From the NCBI GenBank assembly GCA_963735595.1, contig CAVTLK010000002.1, positions 448,001 to 512,000 on the forward strand: DNA of 64,000 nt, written 5' to 3'. How positions within the stretch are numbered: position 1 is the first letter of the stretch; each line of letters begins with the position of its first letter. The notes below the pieces were generated by a model. That model did not search any database, was not told where the DNA came from, and was given only the letters and a program-made list of their open reading frames with translations. The stretch comes from an uncultured delta proteobacterium. Lineage in GTDB: Bacteria; Desulfobacterota; Zymogenia; Zymogenales; Zymogenaceae. Shown piece by piece: positions 8,023 to 18,933 of the stretch. A program made the position numbers and the translations under genes.

Positions 8023-9538
8023 CAGGGCGATTATCGACGAATGCCGGGGCTTTGCGGAAAAGATCTCCGACGACCTCATGGGGTTTATCCGGTCTCACAC
8101 GACCGACAGCGTGGAGCGGGCGGTAACACGGCTCCTGGGGCTGGACGGGACCGACCGGATCGGCACCCCGTATCCGAACGTGCTGATGGACGCGGTCAAG
8201 CAGTCGCGCGGGCTCGGTGAGGGAGCGGCGGCGGCATCGGCCGACCTCATCGCGCACACAGGCGGGGCACTTATTGACGCCGTCAAAATGATCGCAGAAA
8301 AAAAGCTCAGACTTGCGGACGTTCCGGTGCTCGACAGAAACAGGCGGATTACGATTATTAGGCCCCTGGCCCAGGCGGGGCTTGCGAGGATCAAGGACCG
8401 TGTCGATGAGCGAAACCGCCTGAGGGCGGCCTATCCGATGAGCGGGCCCCCGCTCCTCTACGTGATTGTAGCCACCGGCAACATCCACGAGGACGTGACC
8501 CAGGCGGTCAGCGCCGTGAAGAACGGGGCCGACTGCATCGCCGTTATACGCTCAACGGCCCAGAGCCTTCTGGATTATGTCCCGTACGGCGCGACCACCG
8601 AGGGCTTCGGCGGCACCTACGCCACCCAGGAAAACTTCAGGATCATGCGCAGCGCACTGGACGAAGCGATGGTGCGGGAGGGCCGCTATATTAACCTCGT
8701 CAACTACGCCTCGGGCCTCTGCATGCCGGAGATCGCGGCTGCCGCGGCCTTCGAGCGGCTGGATATGCTGCTCAACGACTCGATGTACGGTATTATCTTT
8801 CGCAACATCAATACCTACCGCACGTTCGTCGACCAGTATTTTTCCCGGATGATCAATGCCAAGGCCGATATCATCATCAATACCGGCGAGGACAACTACC
8901 TGACCACGGCCGACGCCGTGGAGAAGGCCCATACGGTGCTGGCAAGCGATTTCCTCAACGAGTCGTTCGCGTATAAATCGGGGCTCCCGCCGCGCCTCAT
9001 GGGGCTGGGCCACGCCTTCGAGATTGACCCCTCGCTCGAGGGGGGCTTCCTGATGGAGCTCGCCCAGGCGCAGATGATCAGGGAGATCTTCCCCGAGGCC
9101 CCCATCAAGTATATGCCCCCCACCAAACACGTGACCGGGAACGTATTCCAGACGCACCTCGTGGACATGATGTTTAACGTCTGCTCCGTGATGACCGGCC
9201 AATCCATCCACCTGCTGGGCATGCTGACCGAGGCTATTCATACCCCGTTTGTCGGCGACCGGTACCTGTCCCTATCGGGGGCGCGCTACGCCAAGAACAA
9301 TATGCGCGGGATCGGCGACGAAATCACGTTTGCGCCGGACGGGTTCATCCGGAGGCGGGCGCGGGAGGTCCTCGGCAAGGCCCACGTAATGCTGGCCGAG
9401 ATCGTCGATATCGGGCTGGTGGAGGCGCTGGCCCGGGGGATGTTTGCTGATATCCACCGGGACCCCAAGGGGGGCAAGGGGATCGACGGCGTGGCCGAAA
9501 AGGGCGAGAACTATTACAACCCGTTTGCCGAGGCATGA
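8000..9538 (+). CDS. kamD: Lysine 5,6-aminomutase alpha subunit
   Basis: GTG 8000 after GGGAGG. ESKLGLD, YVIVATGNIHED, YGATTEGFGGTYATQENF, NYASGLCMPEIA. Confidence 0.92.
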   Translation: MESKLGLDRAIIDECRGFAEKISDDLMGFIRSHTTDSVERAVTRLLGLDGTDRIGTPYPNVLMDAVKQSRGLGEGAAAASADLIAHTGGALIDAVKMIAEKKLRLADVPVLDRNRRITIIRPLAQAGLARIKDRVDERNRLRAAYPMSGPPLLYVIVATGNIHEDVTQAVSAVKNGADCIAVIRSTAQSLLDYVPYGATTEGFGGTYATQENFRIMRSALDEAMVREGRYINLVNYASGLCMPEIAAAAAFERLDMLLNDSMYGIIFRNINTYRTFVDQYFSRMINAKADIIINTGEDNYLTTADAVEKAHTVLASDFLNESFAYKSGLPPRLMGLGHAFEIDPSLEGGFLMELAQAQMIREIFPEAPIKYMPPTKHVTGNVFQTHLVDMMFNVCSVMTGQSIHLLGMLTEAIHTPFVGDRYLSLSGARYAKNNMRGIGDEITFAPDGFIRRRAREVLGKAHVMLAEIVDIGLVEALARGMFADIHRDPKGGKGIDGVAEKGENYYNPFAEA

Positions 9539-9539
9539 A

Positions 9540-10298
9540 ATGACGGCGCAGGTAAAGAAAGGAATCGTAAAACCGTACGGCGACGCCATGGGGGACGGCG
9601 CCGTGCAGGTCTCGTTCACCCTTCCGGGCGTCTCCGGTGAGATAGCCGAGGAGGCCGCCCGCCGCCTGGCCGGCGAGATGGGTATAGACGACCCGTTCGT
9701 GAGTAACTGCGACGACATCGGTTCCGGGATGACCTTTATCGTCCTCTACGGGAGGCTCCGGCACTCGGTCGACATCACCCGGATCAAGGGGTTTGACCGG
9801 GCCGCCGAAAAGATACCGAACATGAAGGTCATCGACCATATGATCGAAGAGCGGCTGGGCCGCGCGATCACGGCGGTCGGGGCGTGCATCGAGAGCGACG
9901 CCCATACCGTCGGGATCGACGCTATCATGAACATGAAGGGCTATGCCGGGGATTACGGGCTGGAGCGGTATAAGAACTTCCGGGCGATCAACATGGGCGC
10001 CCAGGTAAGCGCCGAGGAGGTCGTGCGAGAGGCGGTCCGGGAAAAGGCCGACGCCATCCTCGTCTCCCAGGTGGTGACCCAGAAGGAGGTCCACGTCAGG
10101 AATCTCACCCGACTGGTGGACCTGCTGGAGGCCGAGCACGTGCGCGATCGCGTTATCCTCATCGTCGGGGGGCCGCGGATCACCCGGGAGCTTGCAAAGG
10201 AGCTCGGCTTTGACGGCGGATTCGGCCGGGGTACGCTGCCGTCGCACGTGGCCTGGTTTATCCTGAACAGGCTCATCGAAAAGGAGGGCAGGGCATGA
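9540..10298 (+). CDS. kamE: Lysine 5,6-aminomutase beta (cobalamin-binding) subunit
   Basis: VKPYGDAMGDGAVQVSFTLP; B12 motif DAHTVGIDAIMNMKGYAG. Confidence 0.92.
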   Translation: MTAQVKKGIVKPYGDAMGDGAVQVSFTLPGVSGEIAEEAARRLAGEMGIDDPFVSNCDDIGSGMTFIVLYGRLRHSVDITRIKGFDRAAEKIPNMKVIDHMIEERLGRAITAVGACIESDAHTVGIDAIMNMKGYAGDYGLERYKNFRAINMGAQVSAEEVVREAVREKADAILVSQVVTQKEVHVRNLTRLVDLLEAEHVRDRVILIVGGPRITRELAKELGFDGGFGRGTLPSHVAWFILNRLIEKEGRA

Positions 10299-11419
10299 AG
10301 ACAACCCCCAGCGCATTGGAGCGTTTTTACGTCCAGTGGGAGTTTGCGGTCGGAACCAATATCAGCGCCTCGTGCGGCGCCGAGACCACGACGGCGGAAC
10401 TCCTTGCGATGGCGGGGAAAGACGAGAGGGAGAAATACCTCTCGCTGGGGCTCGGGTACCGGGAGAACAAGGGCGACGCTCAGCTCAGGGATTTAATCGC
10501 CGCCGAGTACAAGAACCTTTCCGCCGATGATATACAGCTCGCCTGCGGGGGCTCGGAGGCCATCTTCCTGTTGATGCATACCGAGCTTAATCCGGGAGAC
10601 CGGATCATAGCCGAGGCGCCGCTCTACCAGACGCTCTTTCAGATAGCCGAGGATCACGACGTTGAAGTGGAGTGGCTCCCCCTCCTTGAATCGGAGGATT
10701 ACGTGCCGGACCCGGGACGCCTCGCCGACCTGCTCAAGAAAAAGCCGGCGCAGATGGTCGTCATCAATCATCCCCACAGCCCCACCGGATCGATCCTGAC
10801 CGAAGGGCTGCTTGCCGAGATCGTGGGGATCTGCGACCGATACGGTGCGCTCCTGGTCTCCGACGAGGTCTATTGGGGGGCCTTTTATGACGAGGCGGAC
10901 GTTGTCCCCCATGCTGCCGATCTCGCCGAAAACGTCATGACCATCGGCGACATGACCAAGCCCTACGGGCTGGGGGGGCTCAGGATCGGGTGGCTCGCCT
11001 CCCGGAGGAACGATATCCTGGAGGAGGCCTCGGCCCTCAAGGACTACACGACGATGTGTGCGGCGGGCCCGTCCGAGCACCTGGCGATACTGGCCCTCAC
11101 GCACAAAGAAGCGATCCTTGAACGCAACGTCGGGATTGCCGCCGAGAACATCGCGCTGTTCGACGATATCCTAAAGGACTCCGGTGGAAGGCTCTCCTGG
11201 GTGAGGCCGAGGGGCGGATACACGGGGTTTGTCTCGCTCAACGTGCCGGGGATGACAACGCGGGATCTCGCGCTGGGCCTCATCAAGGAAAAGGATGTCC
11301 TCATCCTGCCGGGTGACGTCTTCGGGGACGGCGGCAAGTTCCGGATCGGGGTGGGGACAAAGCGGGACGAGTTCGCCCGCGGAACCGTGGCCCTGGCGGA
11401 TTTCGTGTCGCGCCTGTAA
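10295..11419 (+). CDS. PLP-dependent aminotransferase class I/II
   Basis: INHPHSPTG, SDEVY, DMTKPYGLGGLRIGW. Confidence 0.85.
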   Translation: MKTTPSALERFYVQWEFAVGTNISASCGAETTTAELLAMAGKDEREKYLSLGLGYRENKGDAQLRDLIAAEYKNLSADDIQLACGGSEAIFLLMHTELNPGDRIIAEAPLYQTLFQIAEDHDVEVEWLPLLESEDYVPDPGRLADLLKKKPAQMVVINHPHSPTGSILTEGLLAEIVGICDRYGALLVSDEVYWGAFYDEADVVPHAADLAENVMTIGDMTKPYGLGGLRIGWLASRRNDILEEASALKDYTTMCAAGPSEHLAILALTHKEAILERNVGIAAENIALFDDILKDSGGRLSWVRPRGGYTGFVSLNVPGMTTRDLALGLIKEKDVLILPGDVFGDGGKFRIGVGTKRDEFARGTVALADFVSRL

Positions 11420-11507
11420 GGGCCGGCGCCCGAGGTGGCGCGACGCACTTTTTGACAGCACTTGCGCCGGCCGGCGGCGATGGTGTATGATGCATAGTCG
11501 GCAATAA

Positions 11508-11930
11508 ATGGATTTTCATATGACGGTTACGTATACGGGTATTGAATCGACGATCCGCCTCAGGATGAGCAGCGCCGACGCCCATTACGGCGGCGGGCTG
11601 GTTGACGGGGCCGGGATACTGGCGCTCTTCGGCGACGTGGCCACGGAGCTGCTTATCCGGCTCGACGGCGACGAGGGGCTCTTCCTGCGCTACGACGAGG
11701 TCGAGTTCATCGCCCCGGTATACGAGGGGGACTACATCGAGGCGACAGGCACGATAACGAAGGTCGGCGGCACCTCGCGGACGATTGAATTTTGCGCCCG
11801 CAAGGTGGTGGCCGCACGGCGGGACGTCGGCGCTTCGGCGGCCGATTTCCTGCCCGAGCCGGTGATCGTTACCCGGGCCAAGGGCGTCTGCGTTACTCCG
11901 AAAGGGCTTCAGCGGACGATAAAGACATAA
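11508..11930 (+). CDS. kal: 3-aminobutyryl-CoA ammonia-lyase (hotdog fold)
   Basis: [17 protein letters not shown]...[19 protein letters not shown]...[14 protein letters not shown]. Confidence 0.9.
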   Translation: MDFHMTVTYTGIESTIRLRMSSADAHYGGGLVDGAGILALFGDVATELLIRLDGDEGLFLRYDEVEFIAPVYEGDYIEATGTITKVGGTSRTIEFCARKVVAARRDVGASAADFLPEPVIVTRAKGVCVTPKGLQRTIKT

Positions 11931-11945
11931 CGGGAGGTTTTACCG

Positions 11946-13327
11946 ATGGCCTACATGAACTATGAGCTGGTTTCAAAAAAGACCGAACGGATCACGACCA
12001 AGTTCCGTAAGATAGCGACCGATATCCCCGTGCCGGAGTCGATACCGATACTCAAGGAGCTGAGAAAATACGAGCCGATCTCCATGAGCGGCCAGCCTTT
12101 GGTCGTGTGGGATAACGCTGAGAACTTCACGGTGAGGGACCGCTGGGGCAATAAGTGGATCGACTTTTCATCCGGTGTGCTCGTGGCCAACTGCGGGCAC
12201 CTCCCGCCGGAGATGAAGCGGGCGCTGGTGGACCAGATCAACTCGGGCATGATCCACTCCTACTGCTTCCCCAACGAGCCGCGGGCACAGCTCGTCAAGA
12301 AGATGATCGAGATCGCCCCGAAAGGGATGAACAAGGTCTTTCTGCTGACCACCGGCGCCGAAGCCACGGAAAACGCCATCAAGCTGGCCAAGACGTGGGG
12401 AATGCGCACCGCGGGGCCGAACAAGAACGTGATCGTAACCTTTACCGGGTCTTTTCACGGCCGCACCCTCGGGTCGCAGCTGGCAGGCGGCATCCCGGCC
12501 CTGAAAGAGTGGATCGGCAGGCTCGACCCCACGTTTGTCAACGTCCCGTTCCCGGACGGGTATCGATTCGAGGATACGAGTTTTGACGTCTTCGAGAAGA
12601 GCCTCAAGGATCAGGGAATCAGCAAGGATCGGGTCTGCGGCGTGATGATGGAATCCTACCAGGGCGGCATCGCCGGGTTTTACCCCGAGCAGTACGTCAA
12701 AAAGCTGCGGAAATGGTGCGAAGGCGCCGGTGCGCTGTTGATCGACGACGAGGTGCAGGCAGGCTTCGGGAGATCGGGAAAGCTCTTTTCCATCGAACAC
12801 TACGGCGTCGTTCCCGATATCATCTGCTGCGGCAAGGGGATGAGCGGGGGGCTGCCGATATCGGCGGTCATCGGCAACTCGAAATTCATGGATATCTACG
12901 GGCCGGGGGAGATGACCTCAACCCACAGCGGCAACCCGCTGACCTGCCGGGCGGCGCTCACGAGCATCGAGCTGCTCCAGAAGAACAAGCTTGTCGAAAA
13001 CGCCGCAAAGATGGGCAAAATCCTTCATGACGAGCTCAATAAGCTTAAAGACGAGCATCCGATATCATCGGCCGGGTCCAGGGCAAGGGACTGCTGGCGG
13101 CGATGCTCTTTGTCAAGAAAGGGACCAAGGAGCCGGACCACCCGCTGGCTTTCGCCGTGGTGGAAAGGTGTATCCAGACGGGCGTTATGCTCTACGCGCC
13201 CCTGGGCCCGGGCGGCGGCACCGTAAAGGTCAACCCGCCGTTGACTATCACGCCGGAGCCGCTGATGGAGGGGATCTCGGTGATCGCCGAGGCGATCCGG
13301 GCGGCGCGAAAGGAATTGAAGAGGTAA
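11946..13327 (+). CDS. PLP-dependent aminotransferase class III; frameshift near 13070
   Basis: TGAEATENAIK, SFHGRT, DDEVQAGFGRSG, GKGMSGGLP, STHSGNP. C-terminus lies in ORF 13103..13327 (KVNPPLTI). Confidence 0.85.
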
Positions 13328-13570
13328 CACCGGGATGGGGAATATGCCCACGGGCGGAACCCGTATGCCATGAACGTCTGGTTTATCAAGATGCTGAGTC
13401 TTTTGCGGATCGGGACCGGCGGATACAAGTCCGGGGCCTATAAACCGGATTGATGCCGCTCGCGCGCGGATAGGCACTTCGTACGCGGACGAGGGCGCCG
13501 AGGACCGCGGGGGCGTTTTCTCGGCGGGCCACGGCTACCGGCCTTTTACCTATGATGAACGGACAAACCC

Positions 13571-14853
13571 ATGAGAAACTATAAAGACATAGAATTATTC
13601 AAGGACGCCACCGAAAAGGAGTGGGGCGACTGGCGCTGGCACGTCAAGAACCGCATCACCACCGTCGAGGCCCTCAAGAAGGTCATCAACCTGACTGCGG
13701 AGGAGGAGGAGGGGATCAGGACGACGCTGGCGCGCTTTCGCATGGCCATTTCCCCCTACTACGCCTCCCTGATGGATCCCGACGACGGCTGCTGCCCCAT
13801 TCGTAAGCAGGCCAGTGCCCACGATCAGCGAGACATGTAAGGCGCCGGAGGACCTCGAAGACCCGCTGAGCGAGGACGAGGACTCCCCGGTGGCGGGCCT
13901 CACGCACCGCTACCCCGACCGGGTCCTCTTCCAGGTCACCGACCAGTGCACCATGTACTGCCGGCACTGCACGCGGCGGCGCATGGTCGGCGTCAACGAC
14001 AGGATGCGCAGTCAAAGACCGAGCTTTCGGCCGATATCGACTACATCCGGGAGACGCCGGAGGTCAGGGACGTGCTCCTCTCGGGCGGCGATCCGCTCAC
14101 GCTGGTCGACGACCAGATCGAGTGGATCATCGCCGAGCTCCGGAAGATCCCCCACGTGGAGATCATCCGCATCGGCTCCCGGACGCCGGTGGTGCTGCCC
14201 CAGCGTATCACCCCCGAGCTGGTCGATATGCTCACCAAGTACCACCCGATCTGGTTCAACACCCACTTCAACCATCCCGAACGAGATCACGGAGGAATCG
14301 GCCCGGGCCTGCGACCTGTCTGACCCGCGGGGGCATCCCCGTCGGCAACCAGTCGGTGCTGCTGCGCGGCGTCAACGACTGCATCCACGTCATGAAGGCG
14401 CTCGTCCACGGTCTCATGAAGATCCGGGTGCGGCCCTACTACCTGTACCAGTGCGACCTCTCGGTGGGCATCGAGCACTTCCGCACCTCGGTGGGCAAGG
14501 GCATCGAGATCATTGAGCGGCTGCGCGGCCACACGTCCGGCCTGGCGATCCCCACCTTCGTGGTGGACGCCCCGGGCGGCGGCGGCAAGATCCCGGTCAT
14601 GCCCCAGTACATGATATCCCGCAGCGACCACAAGATCATCTTCCGCAACTACGAGGGATTCATATCTTCGTACACGGAACCGGTGATAGACCACGAGGAA
14701 TGCCCGGTCTGCAAGCAGATGCGAGCGAAAGGGGGTCAAGAGCATCGGCATCGAAAAGCTCTTCACCGGCGAGGCATCATCGCTGCGGCCCACGGACTCC
14801 GTGCGCGGACAAGCGCAAGAAGAGCCAGTTCCACGCATAAAGAGATTCCGTAA
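13571..14853 (+). CDS. kamA: Lysine 2,3-aminomutase (radical SAM); multiple frameshifts
   Basis: [61 protein letters not shown] found across four ORF fragments. Confidence 0.9.
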
Positions 14854-14897
14854 ACCACTCGTTTTGCCGGAGCGGTTCAACCGCCACGATTCAGATG

Positions 14898-14938
14898 ATG
14901 CCGCGGTGGAGGGGTAACCTCCACCGCGGCATTTCTTT
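14898..14938 (+). terminator. Intrinsic terminator between convergent kamA and aspartokinase genes
   Basis: Perfect 15-bp stem ATGCCGCGGTGGAGG-GGTAA-CCTCCACCGCGGCAT followed by TTCTTT. Confidence 0.85.
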
Positions 14939-14993
14939 GATCACAATGGTTACGTGCGGACGGCCGCAAGACCGCCGACGAAGGCTGGCCGGG

Positions 14994-16215
14994 TTACTTA
15001 CCGGCGATGAAGGCGTCGTGACAGACCCGCACCGCCTCGTCGATCGCCGCCCGATCGACCAGCGCGCTGATGCGGAAGCGCGAGGTGTGCACGTCGTGCA
15101 CCGGGATGCCCCGATCGCTCAATAGAGAGATGGTCTTTTTCACGTTTTGGCCGGTATTGTTGATTCCCTCACCGACCAGTGACAGCGCCCCCCACTCCTC
15201 GAAGAAGAGTGATCCGTTTCGGGAAACGGGAGGCAAGCCTTTCCTTCATGCCCCGATAGCCATGGACGTTCTCCAGCGACAGGATGAAACTAAACGAAAA
15301 TCCTTGTCCGCCGTAGGTCTTGAGGTCGAACTGCTTGTAGTCGGCCGCCTCGTCATCCAGGAAGTCCATGAGCCCCGTGATCTCCTCCCGGGAAAAAAGG
15401 TCGTCGGAGACTACGTAGGTCAATCTCCCGCTCGAAGACCACCGCCCGGACAAGGCCCGGTGCGCGCCTCCTCGTAAAAATCGCCCACTACGGTGCCGCT
15501 GCCCGTCCCGAAGGTGGAGACCGAACGGATGGTGATGCCGGCCCGCTTCGCGTACTCGACGGCGGTCGTGTTGAGGACCCGGGCCCCGGCCGCGGCCATT
15601 TCCTGCATCTCGTCAAAAGAGAGCCGATCGATCTTCCTGGCATCGGCCACGATCCGGGGGTCGGTCGAGAGGACCCCGTCCACGTCCGAGCAGATTTCGA
15701 GGTACTCGGCGCCCAGGGCGGCCGCCAGCGCCACCGCCGTCGTGTCCGACCCGCCGCGGCCGAGCGTCGTCACCTCGTTTTCGATGCTGACGCCCTGGTA
15801 GCCCGCCACGATGGCAATCAGGCCCGACGTGGAGCGCCTCCACGATCCGTCGGGGCCGTACCTCCACGATCCGGGCGTTGGAGTGGCGGGTGTCGGTGAT
15901 GATGCCGCTCTGGGACCCGGTAAAGGATTTCGCGGGGTGGCCCATCTCGTTGAGCGCCATGGACAGCAGCGTCATCGAGATGCGCTCCCCCACCGACAGC
16001 AGCATATCGAGCTCCCGGGCCGTGGGGGTGGCGACCATCTCTTTTGCCAGCGAGAGGAGCCGGTCGGTGGTGTCGCCCATCGCGCTGACCACCACGACGA
16101 CGCGCTTGTTGCGCTCTTTCTCGGCGATGATTCGCTGCGCGACCCGCTTGAGCTTATCGGGGTCGGCCACGGATGAGCCGCCGTATTTATGGACGACGAT
16201 GGGAAGCTCGCTCAT
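14994..16215 (-). CDS. lysC: Aspartate kinase; frameshifted
   Basis: [43 protein letters not shown]-terminal ACT-like segment. Confidence 0.88.
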
Positions 16216-16479
16216 GACTGCGGTTCCCCCATGATCCGCGGTTGAGAGAAGCGGGCCGGGTTACCGCCCGGCATTTTTAACTGTCGCATGCGTGAGATTA
16301 CCTCCCGTATCGTTTCGTGATCGCCTGACGGCGTATCGGGGACAACCCGTATCCCTTTTCGGGCCGGGATCGGGCTATTTCCCGCCCGGCCATAAAGACG
16401 GCATAAAATACGGCAGGCGGACCCTTTCCTCTTGCCTCACCGGCCGGCGCAGCATCGGCCCGCCGCGGCCGCCTTTCGT

Positions 16480-18087
16480 CTACTGACCGACGGTTTGCTT
16501 CTGCAGCATCTCGTTCTTTTTTTCGTACATCTTGTCGTCGGCCGAGGTAATGAGGCCGTCGATCGAGATATCGTCCTGAAGGTCGGCGATACCGTAGGTA
16601 ATCGTTACGCCCCTTGTCTTTTCGGTGACCTTGATGCTGATACGCTTAACGATATTTTCGGCCATTACCGGGTCGGCATAGGGGAGGATCAGGGCAAATT
16701 CGTCCCCGCCGTAGCGAAAGCCGCCGTCCACTCCGTTCCTGATCGAGCGAAGCGTAATATCGCCTATTGTCCGGAGAATCTGGTCTCCCTTGAGGTGTCC
16801 GTGCAGGTCATTATAGCGCTTGAAACCATCCACGTCAAAGATTGCCAGGCACAGCGGATGGCGGGACCGTCGCGCCCGATCCACTTCTTCCCTGATCTTT
16901 TCCGTAAAGTGACGCTGGTTGAAAAGCCCCGTGAGGTTATCGGTGATGGAAAGGCGTATCAATTCCCGTTCCATCTTTTTTCTATCCGTGATTTCTTCGT
17001 TATAGAGCGCCAAACGGGTCACCGCGCCTTCGGAGTCGAGAACCGGATAGATCCTGATGTCAAAGCAGCGGCCGTCCACCTCTTCTTCGAACCGTTCGGG
17101 TTCCCGCGTGCGTACGGCCGCTTCCGCCCCGTTTTTTATCCCGGCCGAAAGGCCGGGCGTCAGCAGACCGTATATACTTTTGTCGATGAGATCCGACGGG
17201 GTGCTCCCGAAATCGGCCGCCGCGCGGTTGTTGAGCGCGATGATATTTCCGTCGGTTGACAGGAGAACCGCCCTGTTTGTCGTGACGTTCAGGAGCGTCC
17301 GCTGCGTTTCCTGGTTCTGTTTGAGATCACGGAACAGGACCGCGTAGGGCTCCGTAAGCGTCGAGCGAACGACCGCGCGGTACATATAGTAGAAGGAGGC
17401 GATCTTTAACAGGTGGCCGACCGTATTGGCCGGTCGATACGGGTCCGTGTAAAGGGTAAAGAACAGCTCGGAGCCTACGGCGGCACTGATTGAGAAATTC
17501 AGAGAACTAAGCACATTCGCGTCAAAGAACCGGCGCTTATTCATCAATAAGAAGATCGAGGCCAGAAGGAGCAGGCAGATCACATACTCGGCTGATTTCT
17601 TGAACGTCGTCAGCCCCACCCCGTCCACGAAGCAGACCGGGAAGACCCCCCATACGAATATCGATCCGAGCAGCAGCGCGGTAACGGCAAAGTAAACGGT
17701 AAATACGATCCGGGCCGGGATTTTTCTCGTGATGAAAAAGGGCGCAACAACCATAGTGGCCGCCTGCATCGAACGGGCGGCAATCCAGAGCTGGGTGGGA
17801 GTGTCCGTCCCGTAGCCGGGGATTACGCCCATCCCTTCGTAGGTGAGCATATGGATAAGGTCAAGGAAACCCACGAAGAGGACGGCTATGCCTATCAGCA
17901 GGAAATAGGTGCTTTCCTCGATCTTGCGGGTGTTCCAGAAGATAACGAATACGGTCCACGCGACGACAATGCTGAACAGCTCGGCCAGGACGTGGAACAG
18001 GAGGTAGGTGTCCCGGCTCATCAAATAGAGCCCGACGGCCGCCGCCGCTCCCAGGACAACCCGTATGGGCATGTTACGGTCTTTCAT
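16480..18087 (-). CDS. Membrane sensor (MASE3-like)-PAS-GGDEF diguanylate cyclase
   Basis: Multiple TM helices with YLLFHVLAELFSIVVA, a PAS-like region, TDNLTGLFN and RYGGDEF. Confidence 0.88.
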   Translation of the reverse strand: MKDRNMPIRVVLGAAAAVGLYLMSRDTYLLFHVLAELFSIVVAWTVFVIFWNTRKIEESTYFLLIGIAVLFVGFLDLIHMLTYEGMGVIPGYGTDTPTQLWIAARSMQAATMVVAPFFITRKIPARIVFTVYFAVTALLLGSIFVWGVFPVCFVDGVGLTTFKKSAEYVICLLLLASIFLLMNKRRFFDANVLSSLNFSISAAVGSELFFTLYTDPYRPANTVGHLLKIASFYYMYRAVVRSTLTEPYAVLFRDLKQNQETQRTLLNVTTNRAVLLSTDGNIIALNNRAAADFGSTPSDLIDKSIYGLLTPGLSAGIKNGAEAAVRTREPERFEEEVDGRCFDIRIYPVLDSEGAVTRLALYNEEITDRKKMERELIRLSITDNLTGLFNQRHFTEKIREEVDRARRSRHPLCLAIFDVDGFKRYNDLHGHLKGDQILRTIGDITLRSIRNGVDGGFRYGGDEFALILPYADPVMAENIVKRISIKVTEKTRGVTITYGIADLQDDISIDGLITSADDKMYEKKNEMLQKQTVGQ

Positions 18088-18381
18088 CTATCGTCCGATC
18101 GGCGCCGTTTGTGGGGGCCGATCTTGTCAAAAGTGAAAATATCACTACAAATTATAGCAGGAATTATCCGAAAATCAAAAGAAATAGCCCCGGGCAAGGG
18201 GCCGCGGGTAGGTGCCCAGGACCGATGGTGATCCGGTGATGAGAGGACCGGTTTCGTATGGCAGGCCGCACGTTAGTCGGAGACCTGAAGAAAGGGCCGG
18301 GCTTTCGAGCGCTGTTAGCATCGATGTGCGGAAACCAACGTAACCCGGTAATGAGCAAGGAGGAACAGGGGCAGCATCCAG

Positions 18382-18728
18382 CTACCCCGCCAGTCTGTCG
18401 CCGAGCTTCTTGCCCCCCAGCACGTGCATGTGGAGGTGCCAGATGATCTGGCCGCCCTCGGGGCCGTTGTTGATCACCGTGCGGAATCCCCGGTGGTCGA
18501 TGCCCTTTATCCTGGCGACCTCGAAGGCGCCGCGGTACATGTCTCCATGATCGACATCTTGCCGTTCCTGTACATGGCGTTGAGATCGTCGACGTGCTCC
18601 TTGGGGACCACCACCACGTGGACGGGCGCCTGGGGGTTGATGTCCTCGAAACAGAAGACCGTGTCGTCCTCATAGACGATCGTGGAGGGTTGCTCTTTGG
18701 CGACCAGCTTGCAGAAGAGACATCCCAT
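18382..18728 (-). CDS. HIT family (HinT-like) nucleotide-binding protein; frameshifted
   Basis: MGCLFCKLV..FEDINPQAPVHVVVVPKEH; second frame ends with the histidine triad QIIWHLHMHVLGG. Confidence 0.85.
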
Positions 18729-18933
18729 ACGCCGTACCTCTCTTCCTGGGGTAATAAGTGAAAGCAAATTATACCGTTTTGGCCGCCCGAATGCAAGGCC
18801 GACGATCATATTCGTTGAAAAAGAGGTGCATCGGTGATATAAATAGAAAATTCCTGTCGCTTCTTCAGAACAATTATCGAAAATCGTTGTCACTATCGAT
18901 ATCCACGCCAATCGTGCATATGGGAGGTTTGTC

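Noticed and set aside
13380..13400. SAM-I riboswitch start (TTATCAAGA)
   Set aside because: The downstream SAM-I elements (GAGGGA, GCAACC, GTGC) do not follow.
13571..14853. Programmed frameshifting or pseudogene status of kamA
   Set aside because: Several scattered indels, as in neighbouring genes, fit sequencing error better.
16216..16479. Canonical lysine riboswitch upstream of aspartokinase
   Set aside because: I could not find the conserved core motifs in the expected order; kept only as a weak uORF/hairpin observation.
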